Positions 39,964 to 49,233 of a DNA stretch of 64,000 bases are shown here, piece by piece. Origin of the DNA: Candidatus Woesearchaeota archaeon (GTDB lineage Archaea; Nanobdellota; Nanobdellia; Woesearchaeales; 0-14-0-80-44-23); contig JAVZCZ010000001.1 of NCBI GenBank assembly GCA_038874135.1, positions 751,219-815,218 of the forward strand, in the 5' to 3' direction. The number at the start of each line of letters is the position of its first letter. The stretch's first letter is position 1. The position numbers and the translations under genes are program-made. Under the pieces are notes generated by a model. It was not told the DNA's origin, searched no databases, and saw nothing but the letters and a program-made list of their open reading frames with translations.

Positions 39964-41112
39964 TTAAATCTTTTGCCCTATTACCCTCTTGTTTTCAGGC
40001 AAGTCCTCTGAGCAGTAGTAGTCAGCCAGCTGGAATAATGCCTTAAAAATAAATAGGACAGCTAATATGTTGAAAAGCACAATTAATGCTAATGGAATCT
40101 GCATGCTGGCAAGGTCAGCGTTTGAGATGTAGATTGAAATTGCTAGTGCTGCAATGCCTAAATTCTTTACTAAAACACCATCTGAAAGCAGCAATAGTGC
40201 TGATAATAACAGGGGAAACAGCACTCCACCAAGGCGAACTAGCAGGTAAGCAGAGCTGCTGTTGCATGTAACTTTTGTAAAGAAGTGCTCATTTGCGTCT
40301 GAACTAAATATTACTGACTCACAAGAGCAGTTAAGAGCTAAGCCGACCAATCCGTGTCCCAGCTCATGAACTGCTATCGTGCTTGCAAAAAGAAATGTTA
40401 ACATTGAAATCATAAAAAAGAGGTAGTGTACGAATCTAAGAGAATTTTTACTAAGTCCCTCTTCAAATTTTTTTCCTTCACTTCTTTCAGCATCCTTAAA
40501 CTCAACTAATCCTCCAGAATTTCTAATTAGAACCATGAGTGCAGCGCATAGAAAAATCAAGGGAGCAAACCAGAATTTTCCTACTAAAATTCTTAGTGAA
40601 GAAAACAAAGATATTACGCTGCCCAGCAGCCCGTACAAAGCAATTAAAAGCCAAGCCTCTGAAATCGCCTTATGCGAGCTAGTGTATTTTGGATTATGAG
40701 CAATTCTGAGCATCACTCCCAAGAGCATGAGCAGGAGAAAAGATAGCAGGTTTAGTATGAATAAGAATGATCCGGGAATTATAGCCATTCCAACAGCGGC
40801 CATGCTGAAAATCGTCATAAACAAAATTATCCGCTTGTCTCCAGCAAGCAGGTAAGCTATATAGGATAAGAGTGCTGCTAGGGGAGTGATAAAAGCAGAG
40901 CCTGCTAGGATGAGTTCCAGCTCAGAAGGTTTGACATGGCTGAAAGCCCAGAAAATGTTTAGAACGCCGGAAGCAAGGTAGAATCCTGAGAGAAAGATAA
41001 AACTCCAAACGAGCCTTCTCCCCTCTTCTTTGTTTATCCTTGCAGTGAGAATCCAGCAGAGCAGGGTAGCTAAAAAAAAGAACACCGCATTTACAATAAG
41101 TATTTCTTCCAT
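39964..41112 (-). CDS. Polytopic membrane zinc metalloprotease (HExxH)
   Basis: Multiple TM helices and an HELGH motif. The start is moved to MEEILIV because a TATA-like TTTTATAAA sits ~27 bp upstream, implying a leaderless mRNA. The ORF track's longer start at 41187 lies upstream of that TATA. Confidence 0.5.
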   Translation of the reverse strand: MEEILIVNAVFFFLATLLCWILTARINKEEGRRLVWSFIFLSGFYLASGVLNIFWAFSHVKPSELELILAGSAFITPLAALLSYIAYLLAGDKRIILFMTIFSMAAVGMAIIPGSFLFILNLLSFLLLMLLGVMLRIAHNPKYTSSHKAISEAWLLIALYGLLGSVISLFSSLRILVGKFWFAPLIFLCAALMVLIRNSGGLVEFKDAERSEGKKFEEGLSKNSLRFVHYLFFMISMLTFLFASTIAVHELGHGLVGLALNCSCESVIFSSDANEHFFTKVTCNSSSAYLLVRLGGVLFPLLLSALLLLSDGVLVKNLGIAALAISIYISNADLASMQIPLALIVLFNILAVLFIFKALFQLADYYCSEDLPENKRVIGQKI

Positions 41113-41134
41113 AAAATGTATTTGGCACTTGCAC

Positions 41135-41143
41135 TTTATAAAA
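41135..41143 (-). promoter_or_regulatory. TATA-box-like element for the metalloprotease gene
   Basis: TTTTATAAA on the minus strand, centred about -27 from the ATG at 41112. Confidence 0.35.
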
Positions 41144-41204
41144 TTGCGCCTCTCAATTTGTTTTAACCTAAAAATATAAAAGAGCACAACTATTTACTTA
41201 GTTT

Positions 41205-42263
41205 ATGAAGAGCAGAGAAGGAGCCTGCTTTATGCGAGCCGAAGTTAGTATAGAAGATCCGGAATTCTACATAAAGCAGGCGTTTTTAAACGCTCGCAAA
41301 GCCCTCTCTCAGAAGGAAAAGAAAAGGAAAAAGTCTAAATCAGGATTCTTCTCAGCTAAGCGGAGATATGCAGATAGGATAACTTTGTTTCAGCAGTTTT
41401 TCAAAGAGCGCTTCTCAGAGATTATAGGAGCATTTCCGGAGTTGTGGCGGCTTTCTCCATTTTATAGAGAGCTTACTAATATAACATTTGGGGTTGACGA
41501 GTTCAAAAACGCGCTCGGCTCGCTCTCCTGGACAATCTCTAAGATTAACGGGCTTTCAAGTCAGTATAGGATTAAGATTTTATCTGCGGACAACTTAGAA
41601 GAAGCTCGCAATTTGATGAGGGAGTATGAAGGGAGAATCTCCTCGCTGCTGAGGGAGTTAAGCCCAGCTCTGAACTTCTTGAGAACTGCTAAGGAAGAAA
41701 TAAGGAATTATCCAATAGTTAGGCAGGACACCTTCACTGTTGCAATAGCTGGCTTTCCAAATGTTGGCAAGTCCACACTTCTCTCAAAACTAACAAAATC
41801 GCGCCCGGACATAGCGCCATACCCATTCACTACTAAATCTCTTCTATTAGGGTATGCCAGCGCCTTTGACTTTGCAAGCTCAGACATTCAGATAATAGAC
41901 ACGCCGGGAACTTTGGACAGGCCTGAGAAGATGAACAGCATAGAAAAGCAGGCATATTCTGCAATGAGAAACCTTGCTAATCTGATAGTTTATGTTTTTG
42001 ACCCAACGCTCCAATACCCTTTACAACTTCAAGAACAGCTCCTTTCAGAGATAACCACCTTCGGAAAGCCGGTGATAATTTACATAAGTAAGACTGACAT
42101 TCAAAGTGAGGAAGTAGTGAGAACTGTTGAAGAAATAAAAAACAAGCACAATTCTTTTACAAATTCAGAAGAGCTGGCTTCAGAACTTAGAAGGATTGCT
42201 AGAGAGTATTACGCTAAGCTTAAGGCTCAAAAGTTTGGAAACAAAAATAAAGGCTCAAACTAA
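41205..42263 (+). CDS. Nog1-family GTP-binding protein
   Basis: G1 GFPNVGKST, G3 DTPG, and an N-terminal helical NOG1-like region. 352 aa. Confidence 0.7.
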   Translation: MKSREGACFMRAEVSIEDPEFYIKQAFLNARKALSQKEKKRKKSKSGFFSAKRRYADRITLFQQFFKERFSEIIGAFPELWRLSPFYRELTNITFGVDEFKNALGSLSWTISKINGLSSQYRIKILSADNLEEARNLMREYEGRISSLLRELSPALNFLRTAKEEIRNYPIVRQDTFTVAIAGFPNVGKSTLLSKLTKSRPDIAPYPFTTKSLLLGYASAFDFASSDIQIIDTPGTLDRPEKMNSIEKQAYSAMRNLANLIVYVFDPTLQYPLQLQEQLLSEITTFGKPVIIYISKTDIQSEEVVRTVEEIKNKHNSFTNSEELASELRRIAREYYAKLKAQKFGNKNKGSN

Positions 42264-42279
42264 TATCTTTTTATAAGGT

Positions 42280-42585
42280 TTACTCATATGCGGTTAACTT
42301 CTTGTTCTTCGCCCTTCTAAGCTTTTCTCTTATTAGGTCAATCTTCTGGCTGCAAGTTGGGCATAGCATTATTATGTTTGAGAACTCATCTTTTCCCCCG
42401 CTGGCAATAGGAATTAGATGAAAGAAGTGGCACTCCTTCAGCCTTACGGGAGTTTTGCAGTTCGCGCATCTTAAGGTTATTTTCTGCTCGTGTCCACACT
42501 CAGAACATCTTATAATACTATTCTCCAGAAACTCTAAGATTACTGAGCGCTTCACCTGCTTGCTCATACTTAGATATACTTGCAC
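42280..42585 (-). CDS. HNH endonuclease-domain protein
   Basis: CxxC...CxxC zinc pairs with an HF.H.IP...GG......N...LC..C motif. Confidence 0.55.
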   Translation of the reverse strand: MQVYLSMSKQVKRSVILEFLENSIIRCSECGHEQKITLRCANCKTPVRLKECHFFHLIPIASGGKDEFSNIIMLCPTCSQKIDLIREKLRRAKNKKLTAYE

Positions 42586-42591
42586 GCCTGT

Positions 42592-44766
42592 TTAAATCTT
42601 TTTCTCCCCAATAAGCTTTGAACTCTCTTTAGTCCCATTATCTTTTTCATAATATTCCTGCTTAGAAGGGCATTCGGGATTCAGGCAGAACTTCCAAGGC
42701 CTCTTCCCCTTGTTAATTATTAGAACAATTGGCCAGGAGCACTTTTCACACTTCTCTTCGGATGGCTTAACCATTCCCTTCTGCGGAATGCTGAAAGTTG
42801 TCTTGCACTCAGGATAGCGGTCGCAGGCGATAAACCTCTTCCCCGACTTCTTTGAGAATAGTATTTTGAGGTTTCCCTCATTACAGGATGGACACTTTCC
42901 AACAGTGTTCTGACTGTGAATAGTTTTTTCATTCGCATCTTTAAGCTCAGCTCCCATCTCCTTCTCCTGTTTCTTGAACTTCAAAAGCACCTTAGTCAGG
43001 AGCTCTCGCGCTTCTTGAAGGACTTCTTCCCTCTTCTTTTTTCCTTCCATGACAAGGTCTGCTTCGTCTTCAAAATGCCTCGTAAGCTCTACATCCACTA
43101 TCTCCGGACAGTATCTTTCAAGAGTTTTTTCAGTGGTTATGCCAAGCTGAGTTGCCCTTATTGCCTGCCCTTCAATGTAGCCCCTCTTATAAAGCGTTTC
43201 AACAACAGTTGCCCTAGTTGCTTTAGTCCCCAGGTTCTTTGCAGAGAGCTCGCTAACCAGGGAAGCTGGGGAATACCTCTTAGGCGGCTGGGTCTCCTTC
43301 TCCTCAATCCTAATTGAAAGAACCTTAACCTGCTGACCCATCTCCATTTTTGGAAGCTGCGCCTCCTTGATATTAGCGTAAGGAGCATACAATTCCATCC
43401 AGCCCCTCTCACGAATTGAGAGGCCCTCGCATACAAAAGTTTCAGGACCAGATACAATTTCAGCTTTTACCCTCTCTAAAACTGCAGGATTTCCAAATGT
43501 TGCCAGAAATCTCTTAACAATCAGGTCATAAATCTTTTCAGATTCGGAGTCCAGCTTCTTAGGTGCATTTCCCGTGGGATAAATTGCAGGGTGCGCTGGA
43601 TCGGTCTTCTTTCCATTGTTGGGAGTCAGCTTTGCACTTCTTAAATCTTGGAATCCGCGCATTCCAGTAAGCTTCTCAATCAGCACAGCATAATCTCTCT
43701 GCTTTTGCAGGGATGACATTATTTCGTTGAATCCAATACTGAGAGGAAGCTGCTGAGAAGAAGTTCTTGGGTAAGATATAAGCCCCTCAGTGTATAGCGC
43801 CTGTGCAATGTCCAGACACCTTTTAGGATTAATGCCGAAGCACCTATAAGCTTCTACCTGCAGTGTAGTCAGGTCAAATGGGAAAGGTGGGCTCTTAAAA
43901 ACTTCGGAACTTTCAACCCTTGCTACAGAGCACTTGCTCCCAGAAGCGTTCTTTAGAGCAAGCTCAGCCTCTTCCTTATTCCAGAACCTATCATGCTTGT
44001 GCACAGCTTCAAAATTTTCACTTCCGACCCTGCCGTTGAGTATAACCTGCCAATATTTTTTTGGAACGAAACTACTTATCTGCTCCTCCCTGTCTACAAC
44101 TATCTTAAGCGCTGGGCCCTGCACCCTTCCTGAGCTCATCACTTTAAATGTGCCAACACTCTTTATTGCAGATGTGAGAGCTCTTGAAATGTTTATGCCG
44201 TAATAGTAATCCAACTCGTGTCTCAACAGTCCCGCTTCTGCCTGGCCCCAGTCAATTGTTGGGCTCTTGTTCTCATAGGCACGCACCAGATCCTTCTGAG
44301 TAAGTGCAGAGAACTTCATCCTGCAGCCGTCCTTCTGCTTGCAGATGAACCTTAGAACATTTAATCCAATTACTTCACCCTCTATATCGTAATCAGTGGC
44401 AACAGTGAAAAAGCTTGACTTCGCGCTTGCAGCTTCCAAAGCTTTTATGTATTTCTTAGTGTGAGCGCTTTCCTTCTTAATCTTATAAGCAGGAGCCCAC
44501 TCCACTTCAAAAACAGGATACTTCCACTTGTTACCTCCTTTTTCCATAAGCCCAAAGAGGTGGCCCACAGCGCATCCGACTAATATTTTCCTGCCGCCCC
44601 TCTCAATCTCATAATATGGAACGCCTCCCTCAGAAATCCTCTTTACAGTGCCTTCTGCCAGCGCATTAGCTATCCTGGCAGCAACTTTCGGCTTCTCAGT
44701 TATTATCAACTCGTAACCTTCGCCTAAAGCTTTTTCTCCTTCCGATTTTGAAGCCCTTCTAGCCAT
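42592..44766 (-). CDS. topA: DNA topoisomerase I (type IA)
   Basis: TOPRIM ELIITEKP, an active-site Tyr in the GLISYPRTSS motif, and C-terminal Cys4 zinc ribbons. Confidence 0.88.
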   Translation of the reverse strand: MARRASKSEGEKALGEGYELIITEKPKVAARIANALAEGTVKRISEGGVPYYEIERGGRKILVGCAVGHLFGLMEKGGNKWKYPVFEVEWAPAYKIKKESAHTKKYIKALEAASAKSSFFTVATDYDIEGEVIGLNVLRFICKQKDGCRMKFSALTQKDLVRAYENKSPTIDWGQAEAGLLRHELDYYYGINISRALTSAIKSVGTFKVMSSGRVQGPALKIVVDREEQISSFVPKKYWQVILNGRVGSENFEAVHKHDRFWNKEEAELALKNASGSKCSVARVESSEVFKSPPFPFDLTTLQVEAYRCFGINPKRCLDIAQALYTEGLISYPRTSSQQLPLSIGFNEIMSSLQKQRDYAVLIEKLTGMRGFQDLRSAKLTPNNGKKTDPAHPAIYPTGNAPKKLDSESEKIYDLIVKRFLATFGNPAVLERVKAEIVSGPETFVCEGLSIRERGWMELYAPYANIKEAQLPKMEMGQQVKVLSIRIEEKETQPPKRYSPASLVSELSAKNLGTKATRATVVETLYKRGYIEGQAIRATQLGITTEKTLERYCPEIVDVELTRHFEDEADLVMEGKKKREEVLQEARELLTKVLLKFKKQEKEMGAELKDANEKTIHSQNTVGKCPSCNEGNLKILFSKKSGKRFIACDRYPECKTTFSIPQKGMVKPSEEKCEKCSWPIVLIINKGKRPWKFCLNPECPSKQEYYEKDNGTKESSKLIGEKKI

Positions 44767-44905
44767 ACTAAAACAAACCCTTACAAATTTAAACCACAGC
44801 AGGAAGCATATAAAAAGCTTGCGAAAGAAAATTTACGCCGAATCATAATAACATGACAACATCCTTTGCGAAAGCTTTAAAAATGAATGGGGGCTTCCCA
44901 CCTGT

Positions 44906-45430
44906 ATGGCGAAGCTAAGAAAGGGAAGGGCTTACAGGAAGCTGAAGAGGCCTTACACCAGAATTTCCAAGTTCAGGAACAAGTCGTTCGTAAGAATGGA
45001 CCCTCACATCAAAGTGATAAGGTTTGTTATGGGGGATCCTAACAAGAAGTTTGAATACACCTTAAACTTGATTGCTAAGTCCTCTCTTCAGATAAGACAG
45101 GAGGCAATTGAAGCTGCAAGGCAGATTGCTAACAGGATTCTTGAAGGAAAACTTGGCAAGACCGGCTTCTTTTTCAGGATAAGAGCTTATCCTCATCAGG
45201 TGTTAAGGGAGAAGCCGATGGCAACCGGGGCAGGTGCAGATAGAACCAGTACGGGAATGGCAGCCCCATTTGGAAAGCCTATAGGTGTTGCAGCGCGCGT
45301 CTTAAAGGGCTCTACGGTCTTTGAAGTCCAAGTGAATGAATCTGATTTGGACATAGCCAAGCACGCTCTCAAAGAGGCTTCTTACAAGTTGCCATTGTCA
45401 TATCAGATAACTGTTCAGAAAAATAATTAA
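44906..45430 (+). CDS. rpl10e: 50S ribosomal protein L10e (uL16)
   Basis: N-terminus MAKLRKGRAYRK...RISKF and the conserved MATGAGADR motif. Confidence 0.88.
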   Translation: MAKLRKGRAYRKLKRPYTRISKFRNKSFVRMDPHIKVIRFVMGDPNKKFEYTLNLIAKSSLQIRQEAIEAARQIANRILEGKLGKTGFFFRIRAYPHQVLREKPMATGAGADRTSTGMAAPFGKPIGVAARVLKGSTVFEVQVNESDLDIAKHALKEASYKLPLSYQITVQKNN

Positions 45431-45474
45431 AGTTATTCTTTTTTTACACTTCAACATTTTTTAGATGAGGCTTT

Positions 45475-47328
45475 ATGAAGAGAACAAGGATTTTTTCAAT
45501 ATTCTCACTGGCAATTTTTGTATTTGCTATGCTCTCAGTTACAACTTACGCTTCAAAAACAAATCTTCTGGCAGTTTCTGAAACTGAGCACGGCCATGTT
45601 GGAAGCGTTGTGCCTCTTAACCTGGAAGTGCTTCCGGGAAGTGGGCGAATACTGATAAATACAGCCCCTCTCACAAGGCCGGATACTCAGATTTCTTTTA
45701 GAATAGCCACGCAGATAGCCTGCGAGGAGGCAAATGTGGATTGTTCAACTCTAGACTTCATATACACTCTTGATTCCTCCTCGCCACTTGTTAGCGGGCC
45801 CAGTGCAGGTGCTGCAATTTCAGCCCTGGCATATTCTGAACTTAAGGGCTATCATATTAATGAGAATTATGCAATGACTGGCACCATAAATGCTGGCGGC
45901 ATAATTGGGCCTGTGGATGGAATTCGTGAGAAGGTGAGTGCGGCTTCCAGGGCAAATATAAGCCTTGTTCTAGTTCCTCAGATAGAGTTCAGTTCTAGCT
46001 TAAACTTGAATAAGAGTCTAACTGAGAATTTAAGCAGTGAAAATTCGGATAATGAAAATATTGAAGAGTTTGGCGCTTCTATAGGTGTTAGGGTTGTTAG
46101 GGTTTCTACACTATATGAGGCGCTTAGCTATCTAACCTCAGAATTTAAGTATGAGACGCCAGAAATCCTGAGGAATGCTGCATATTCTGCAATAATGAAG
46201 AATATTTCTGAAGAGCTATGCGCTGAAACTTTGCAGCTTCTGAACACTTCAAGAGTTTATAATCTGTCTCAAGATTACCTCTTAGCTCTTAACCTTTCTC
46301 AGAAGGCAATGCTTGACTATTCAAAAGGCAGTTATTATTCTAGTGCGAGCAGGTGCTTCGGGGCTAATTTGAAGCTGAGAGGGCTTATCGCTTCTTCAGA
46401 GGCACCATATAGTGCTGAAGAAGTCTTGATAAGGTTTGATTCTGTTCTGTCAGCAATTCGGTCTGAGAGGCAGTCTCTTCCTAAGAGTTATGAAAGTTTG
46501 GAAGAACTTCAAGCATTTATGGTTACCTCTTCCCGACTGGAAGAAGCCTCTAAGTATTTAGACGATGCGAGGATTAACATAGTGGAGAAAAATTATACTG
46601 GTGCAATGCTTTCAATAACCTCTGCAGAGGAACGCCTTAAAAGCGCCATCTTATGGAAGAAGCTTTTTAACCTGCCCGGAAAAAAATTGAGCTTGTCAGA
46701 GCAGAAGCTTAAAAATGCGTGTATTGCCAAGATTGTGGAGGCTCAAGAGAGCTACCAATACGCCAACTTCATCCTTCCTGACTATCTGAATTCTACTCGT
46801 GAAAAGATAATTTCTGCTCTTTCAAGCTTGAACAGCTCATACTATGCTGATTGCTTCTATCAGGCAGCTCTCGGTAAGTCTGAAGCCGATTCGGTTATTT
46901 TGCTTTCCAGTATGGAAGGTGAGAACCTGACCCCCTTCCTGGCTGCTCGGCTCAATGCATCAGAAAGGGAGATTTCTATTCAACAGAAGGAGGGAATATT
47001 TCCGCTCATCAGTTTTAGTTATTATGATTATTCTTTATCTCTGAAGGAAGACTCCCCATCTGCGTCTATGTTATATGCAGGATATGCCTTGGAGCTCTCC
47101 AAGCTTTCTCAATATTTCTTGTCTGATAAGAAAGTTCCTAGACAAATAATCCATTCTCTCTTATTAGTTATTTTGATATTTATCGCAGGCGTTTCCTCGG
47201 GACTTCTGCTCTTTCTGGCATTTTCATCATTTAGAAGACGCAGGTTTAGAAAAGCACTGCAATTTAGCAAGGGTGAAGCTTTTAAAAAAACACCTAAGCA
47301 TAAGGGTAAATTTCTTAGAATTAGGTGA
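45475..47328 (+). CDS. Secreted or membrane S16 (Lon-type) serine peptidase lacking an ATPase domain
   Basis: Signal peptide, a GPSAGAA catalytic Ser motif with a downstream Lys region, and a C-terminal TM helix. Confidence 0.65.
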   Translation: MKRTRIFSIFSLAIFVFAMLSVTTYASKTNLLAVSETEHGHVGSVVPLNLEVLPGSGRILINTAPLTRPDTQISFRIATQIACEEANVDCSTLDFIYTLDSSSPLVSGPSAGAAISALAYSELKGYHINENYAMTGTINAGGIIGPVDGIREKVSAASRANISLVLVPQIEFSSSLNLNKSLTENLSSENSDNENIEEFGASIGVRVVRVSTLYEALSYLTSEFKYETPEILRNAAYSAIMKNISEELCAETLQLLNTSRVYNLSQDYLLALNLSQKAMLDYSKGSYYSSASRCFGANLKLRGLIASSEAPYSAEEVLIRFDSVLSAIRSERQSLPKSYESLEELQAFMVTSSRLEEASKYLDDARINIVEKNYTGAMLSITSAEERLKSAILWKKLFNLPGKKLSLSEQKLKNACIAKIVEAQESYQYANFILPDYLNSTREKIISALSSLNSSYYADCFYQAALGKSEADSVILLSSMEGENLTPFLAARLNASEREISIQQKEGIFPLISFSYYDYSLSLKEDSPSASMLYAGYALELSKLSQYFLSDKKVPRQIIHSLLLVILIFIAGVSSGLLLFLAFSSFRRRRFRKALQFSKGEAFKKTPKHKGKFLRIR

Positions 47329-47370
47329 TTTTGATAAGAAAATATTTTTTCTTATATGTTGAAAACCCAT

Positions 47371-47394
47371 GCAAGCAACCCGAAGGTTGCTTGC
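47371..47394 (+). other. Perfect 10-bp stem hairpin with a CGAA tetraloop
   Basis: GCAAGCAACC-cgaa-GGTTGCTTGC, 43 nt downstream of the 45475 gene stop. No T-tract follows. Confidence 0.3.
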
Positions 47395-47553
47395 CTGGGA
47401 AAAAGAGGTGATAGATCGTGATTTTTTCTACTATGTAGTGAAACTATCTAATATTTAAAACTTTCTGTTTTTTTCTATATTTTAGTAGTAACAAAATGGG
47501 GACGAATCTTTAAATAATTGTTAATTAAAGGTTTTTGAAGGAACAATAAAAAA

Positions 47554-48210
47554 ATGAGAATCGCTATTTGTGAAAGCTGCAGAGAGCATCCTGCACAAGT
47601 CTCATTTAAATATTCACGAAGCTTGTGCTATAGCTGCTTCTCAGCACTGTTGGAAAGGAGATGCAGAATTGACTTAAGAAGGCACGAGTGTCTTGAACCC
47701 CTATTGAGGGCTGAGAGAGTTTTACTAATTGAGCAAACTGCTCTGGAAGGAATGGCAGCAGAGCAGTTTCTCCACAAGCTTAACCCCAAATTAACAGTGT
47801 TTAGAACGCCCACTAAAAATTTTTCTCCTAATCAAATACTAAGCATTGCTAATGAAAAAAAAGCAAAGTTAATCGCGCTAGCGTGGAGCATTGAACGCGA
47901 ATGTTCTCTTTTTTTAAAAGAATATTTAACAACACGAACTCAAAAGACAATATCTCAGCCATGCTTAAAATCTTCAGGAAGGCTGATTTTTAAGGTTTTT
48001 AGAAATGCAAGGATTGAAGAACTTAAGGCATACTTAAAATGTGAAAAAGTAAAAATCCCAGAATTTGAAGTGCCATCTTCTGATAAGCCAATCTACAGAA
48101 TGCTTTCACGAATGGAAAGGCAATATCCAGAAATAAAGTTTTCCCTACTCTCCTCAGCTGATAAACTTGTTAAGATCCGGAAAACTTTCGGAAAAGGAAA
48201 GAACATCTAA
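47554..48210 (+). CDS. Hypothetical protein with an N-terminal Cys-rich (zinc-ribbon-like) motif
   Basis: CESC...CYSC pairs in the first 30 aa. No confident family assignment. Confidence 0.4.
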   Translation: MRIAICESCREHPAQVSFKYSRSLCYSCFSALLERRCRIDLRRHECLEPLLRAERVLLIEQTALEGMAAEQFLHKLNPKLTVFRTPTKNFSPNQILSIANEKKAKLIALAWSIERECSLFLKEYLTTRTQKTISQPCLKSSGRLIFKVFRNARIEELKAYLKCEKVKIPEFEVPSSDKPIYRMLSRMERQYPEIKFSLLSSADKLVKIRKTFGKGKNI

Positions 48211-48239
48211 ATTAATCCAATTTTTTCTATGAACAAGGT

Positions 48240-49223
48240 ATGCGCAGGATTCCGACAATTATCCTCTTATGCATCACTATACTAACTGTAAATTTTTTTA
48301 AAAAATTCTCATATGCAAACTTTTTTGAAATAGTTGGCAGTGCAGTCCGGGATGAGGGAAGCATTAGTGTTTATTTCTGCCCAAGACAAGACTGTCTGGA
48401 GATATTTTTAAATATACTCTCAAGTGCTCAATCGGTAGAGTGTGCCCTCTACACCGTGTCACCTGAAGTTATAACAGCTATCCAACAAGTTCCACAACAC
48501 ACAATCTTGATTGACTACAAAACCTATCAGAGGCTTTCAGAAAAAGTGACAGACATAATTCCAGTTTATTCCGAAGGAATAATGCACAACAAGTTCTGCA
48601 TTATTAATAAAAGTATTTTAATTACAGGATCCTGGAATCCGACTCTAGCGGACTCTTTCAAAAACAATAATAACATGCTAATCATTCATTCACAAAAAAT
48701 CTCTAACAATTATGAAGAGAAGTTTAAGCAGCTTCTATTGAGGAACACACAGAGATATTCCCCTAAGATTAAACATAAAATTATTCTCAGCAACGCCCTT
48801 GTTGAGAATTACTTCTGCCCAGAAGACAATTGTAGCAGAATTCTTATTGAAAAAATAAACTCTGCAACATCAACAATCTACTTTATGACATTCAGCTTCA
48901 CTGAGGATTCTGTAGGAGACGCTTTGTTAAAAAAGAATTCGGCAGGAATTATAATCTCAGGAATATTTGATAGGCAGCAACTTTCCAATTTTTCAGAATA
49001 TGAAAGACTACTAAATGCGGGAATAGATGTTTCAGCAGACTCTAACAAATACCTTATGCATCACAAGGTTTTCATAATAGATAACTCAACAGTGATTACC
49101 GGAAGCTTTAATCCTACACAGAATGGAAATACAAAAAATGATGAGAACATCTTAATAATTCACAGTCGAGAGATAGCATCTCGCTATGTTGAAGAATTTT
49201 TAAATTTGAAAGCTGATAATTAA
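48240..49223 (+). CDS. Phospholipase D-like (HKD) family protein, nuclease or phosphatidyltransferase-like
   Basis: Two HxK(x)4D motifs: MHNKFCIINKSILITGSWNPT and MHHKVFIIDNSTVITGSFNPT. Signal peptide. Confidence 0.7.
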   Translation: MRRIPTIILLCITILTVNFFKKFSYANFFEIVGSAVRDEGSISVYFCPRQDCLEIFLNILSSAQSVECALYTVSPEVITAIQQVPQHTILIDYKTYQRLSEKVTDIIPVYSEGIMHNKFCIINKSILITGSWNPTLADSFKNNNNMLIIHSQKISNNYEEKFKQLLLRNTQRYSPKIKHKIILSNALVENYFCPEDNCSRILIEKINSATSTIYFMTFSFTEDSVGDALLKKNSAGIIISGIFDRQQLSNFSEYERLLNAGIDVSADSNKYLMHHKVFIIDNSTVITGSFNPTQNGNTKNDENILIIHSREIASRYVEEFLNLKADN

Positions 49224-49233
49224 AAATATTAAA

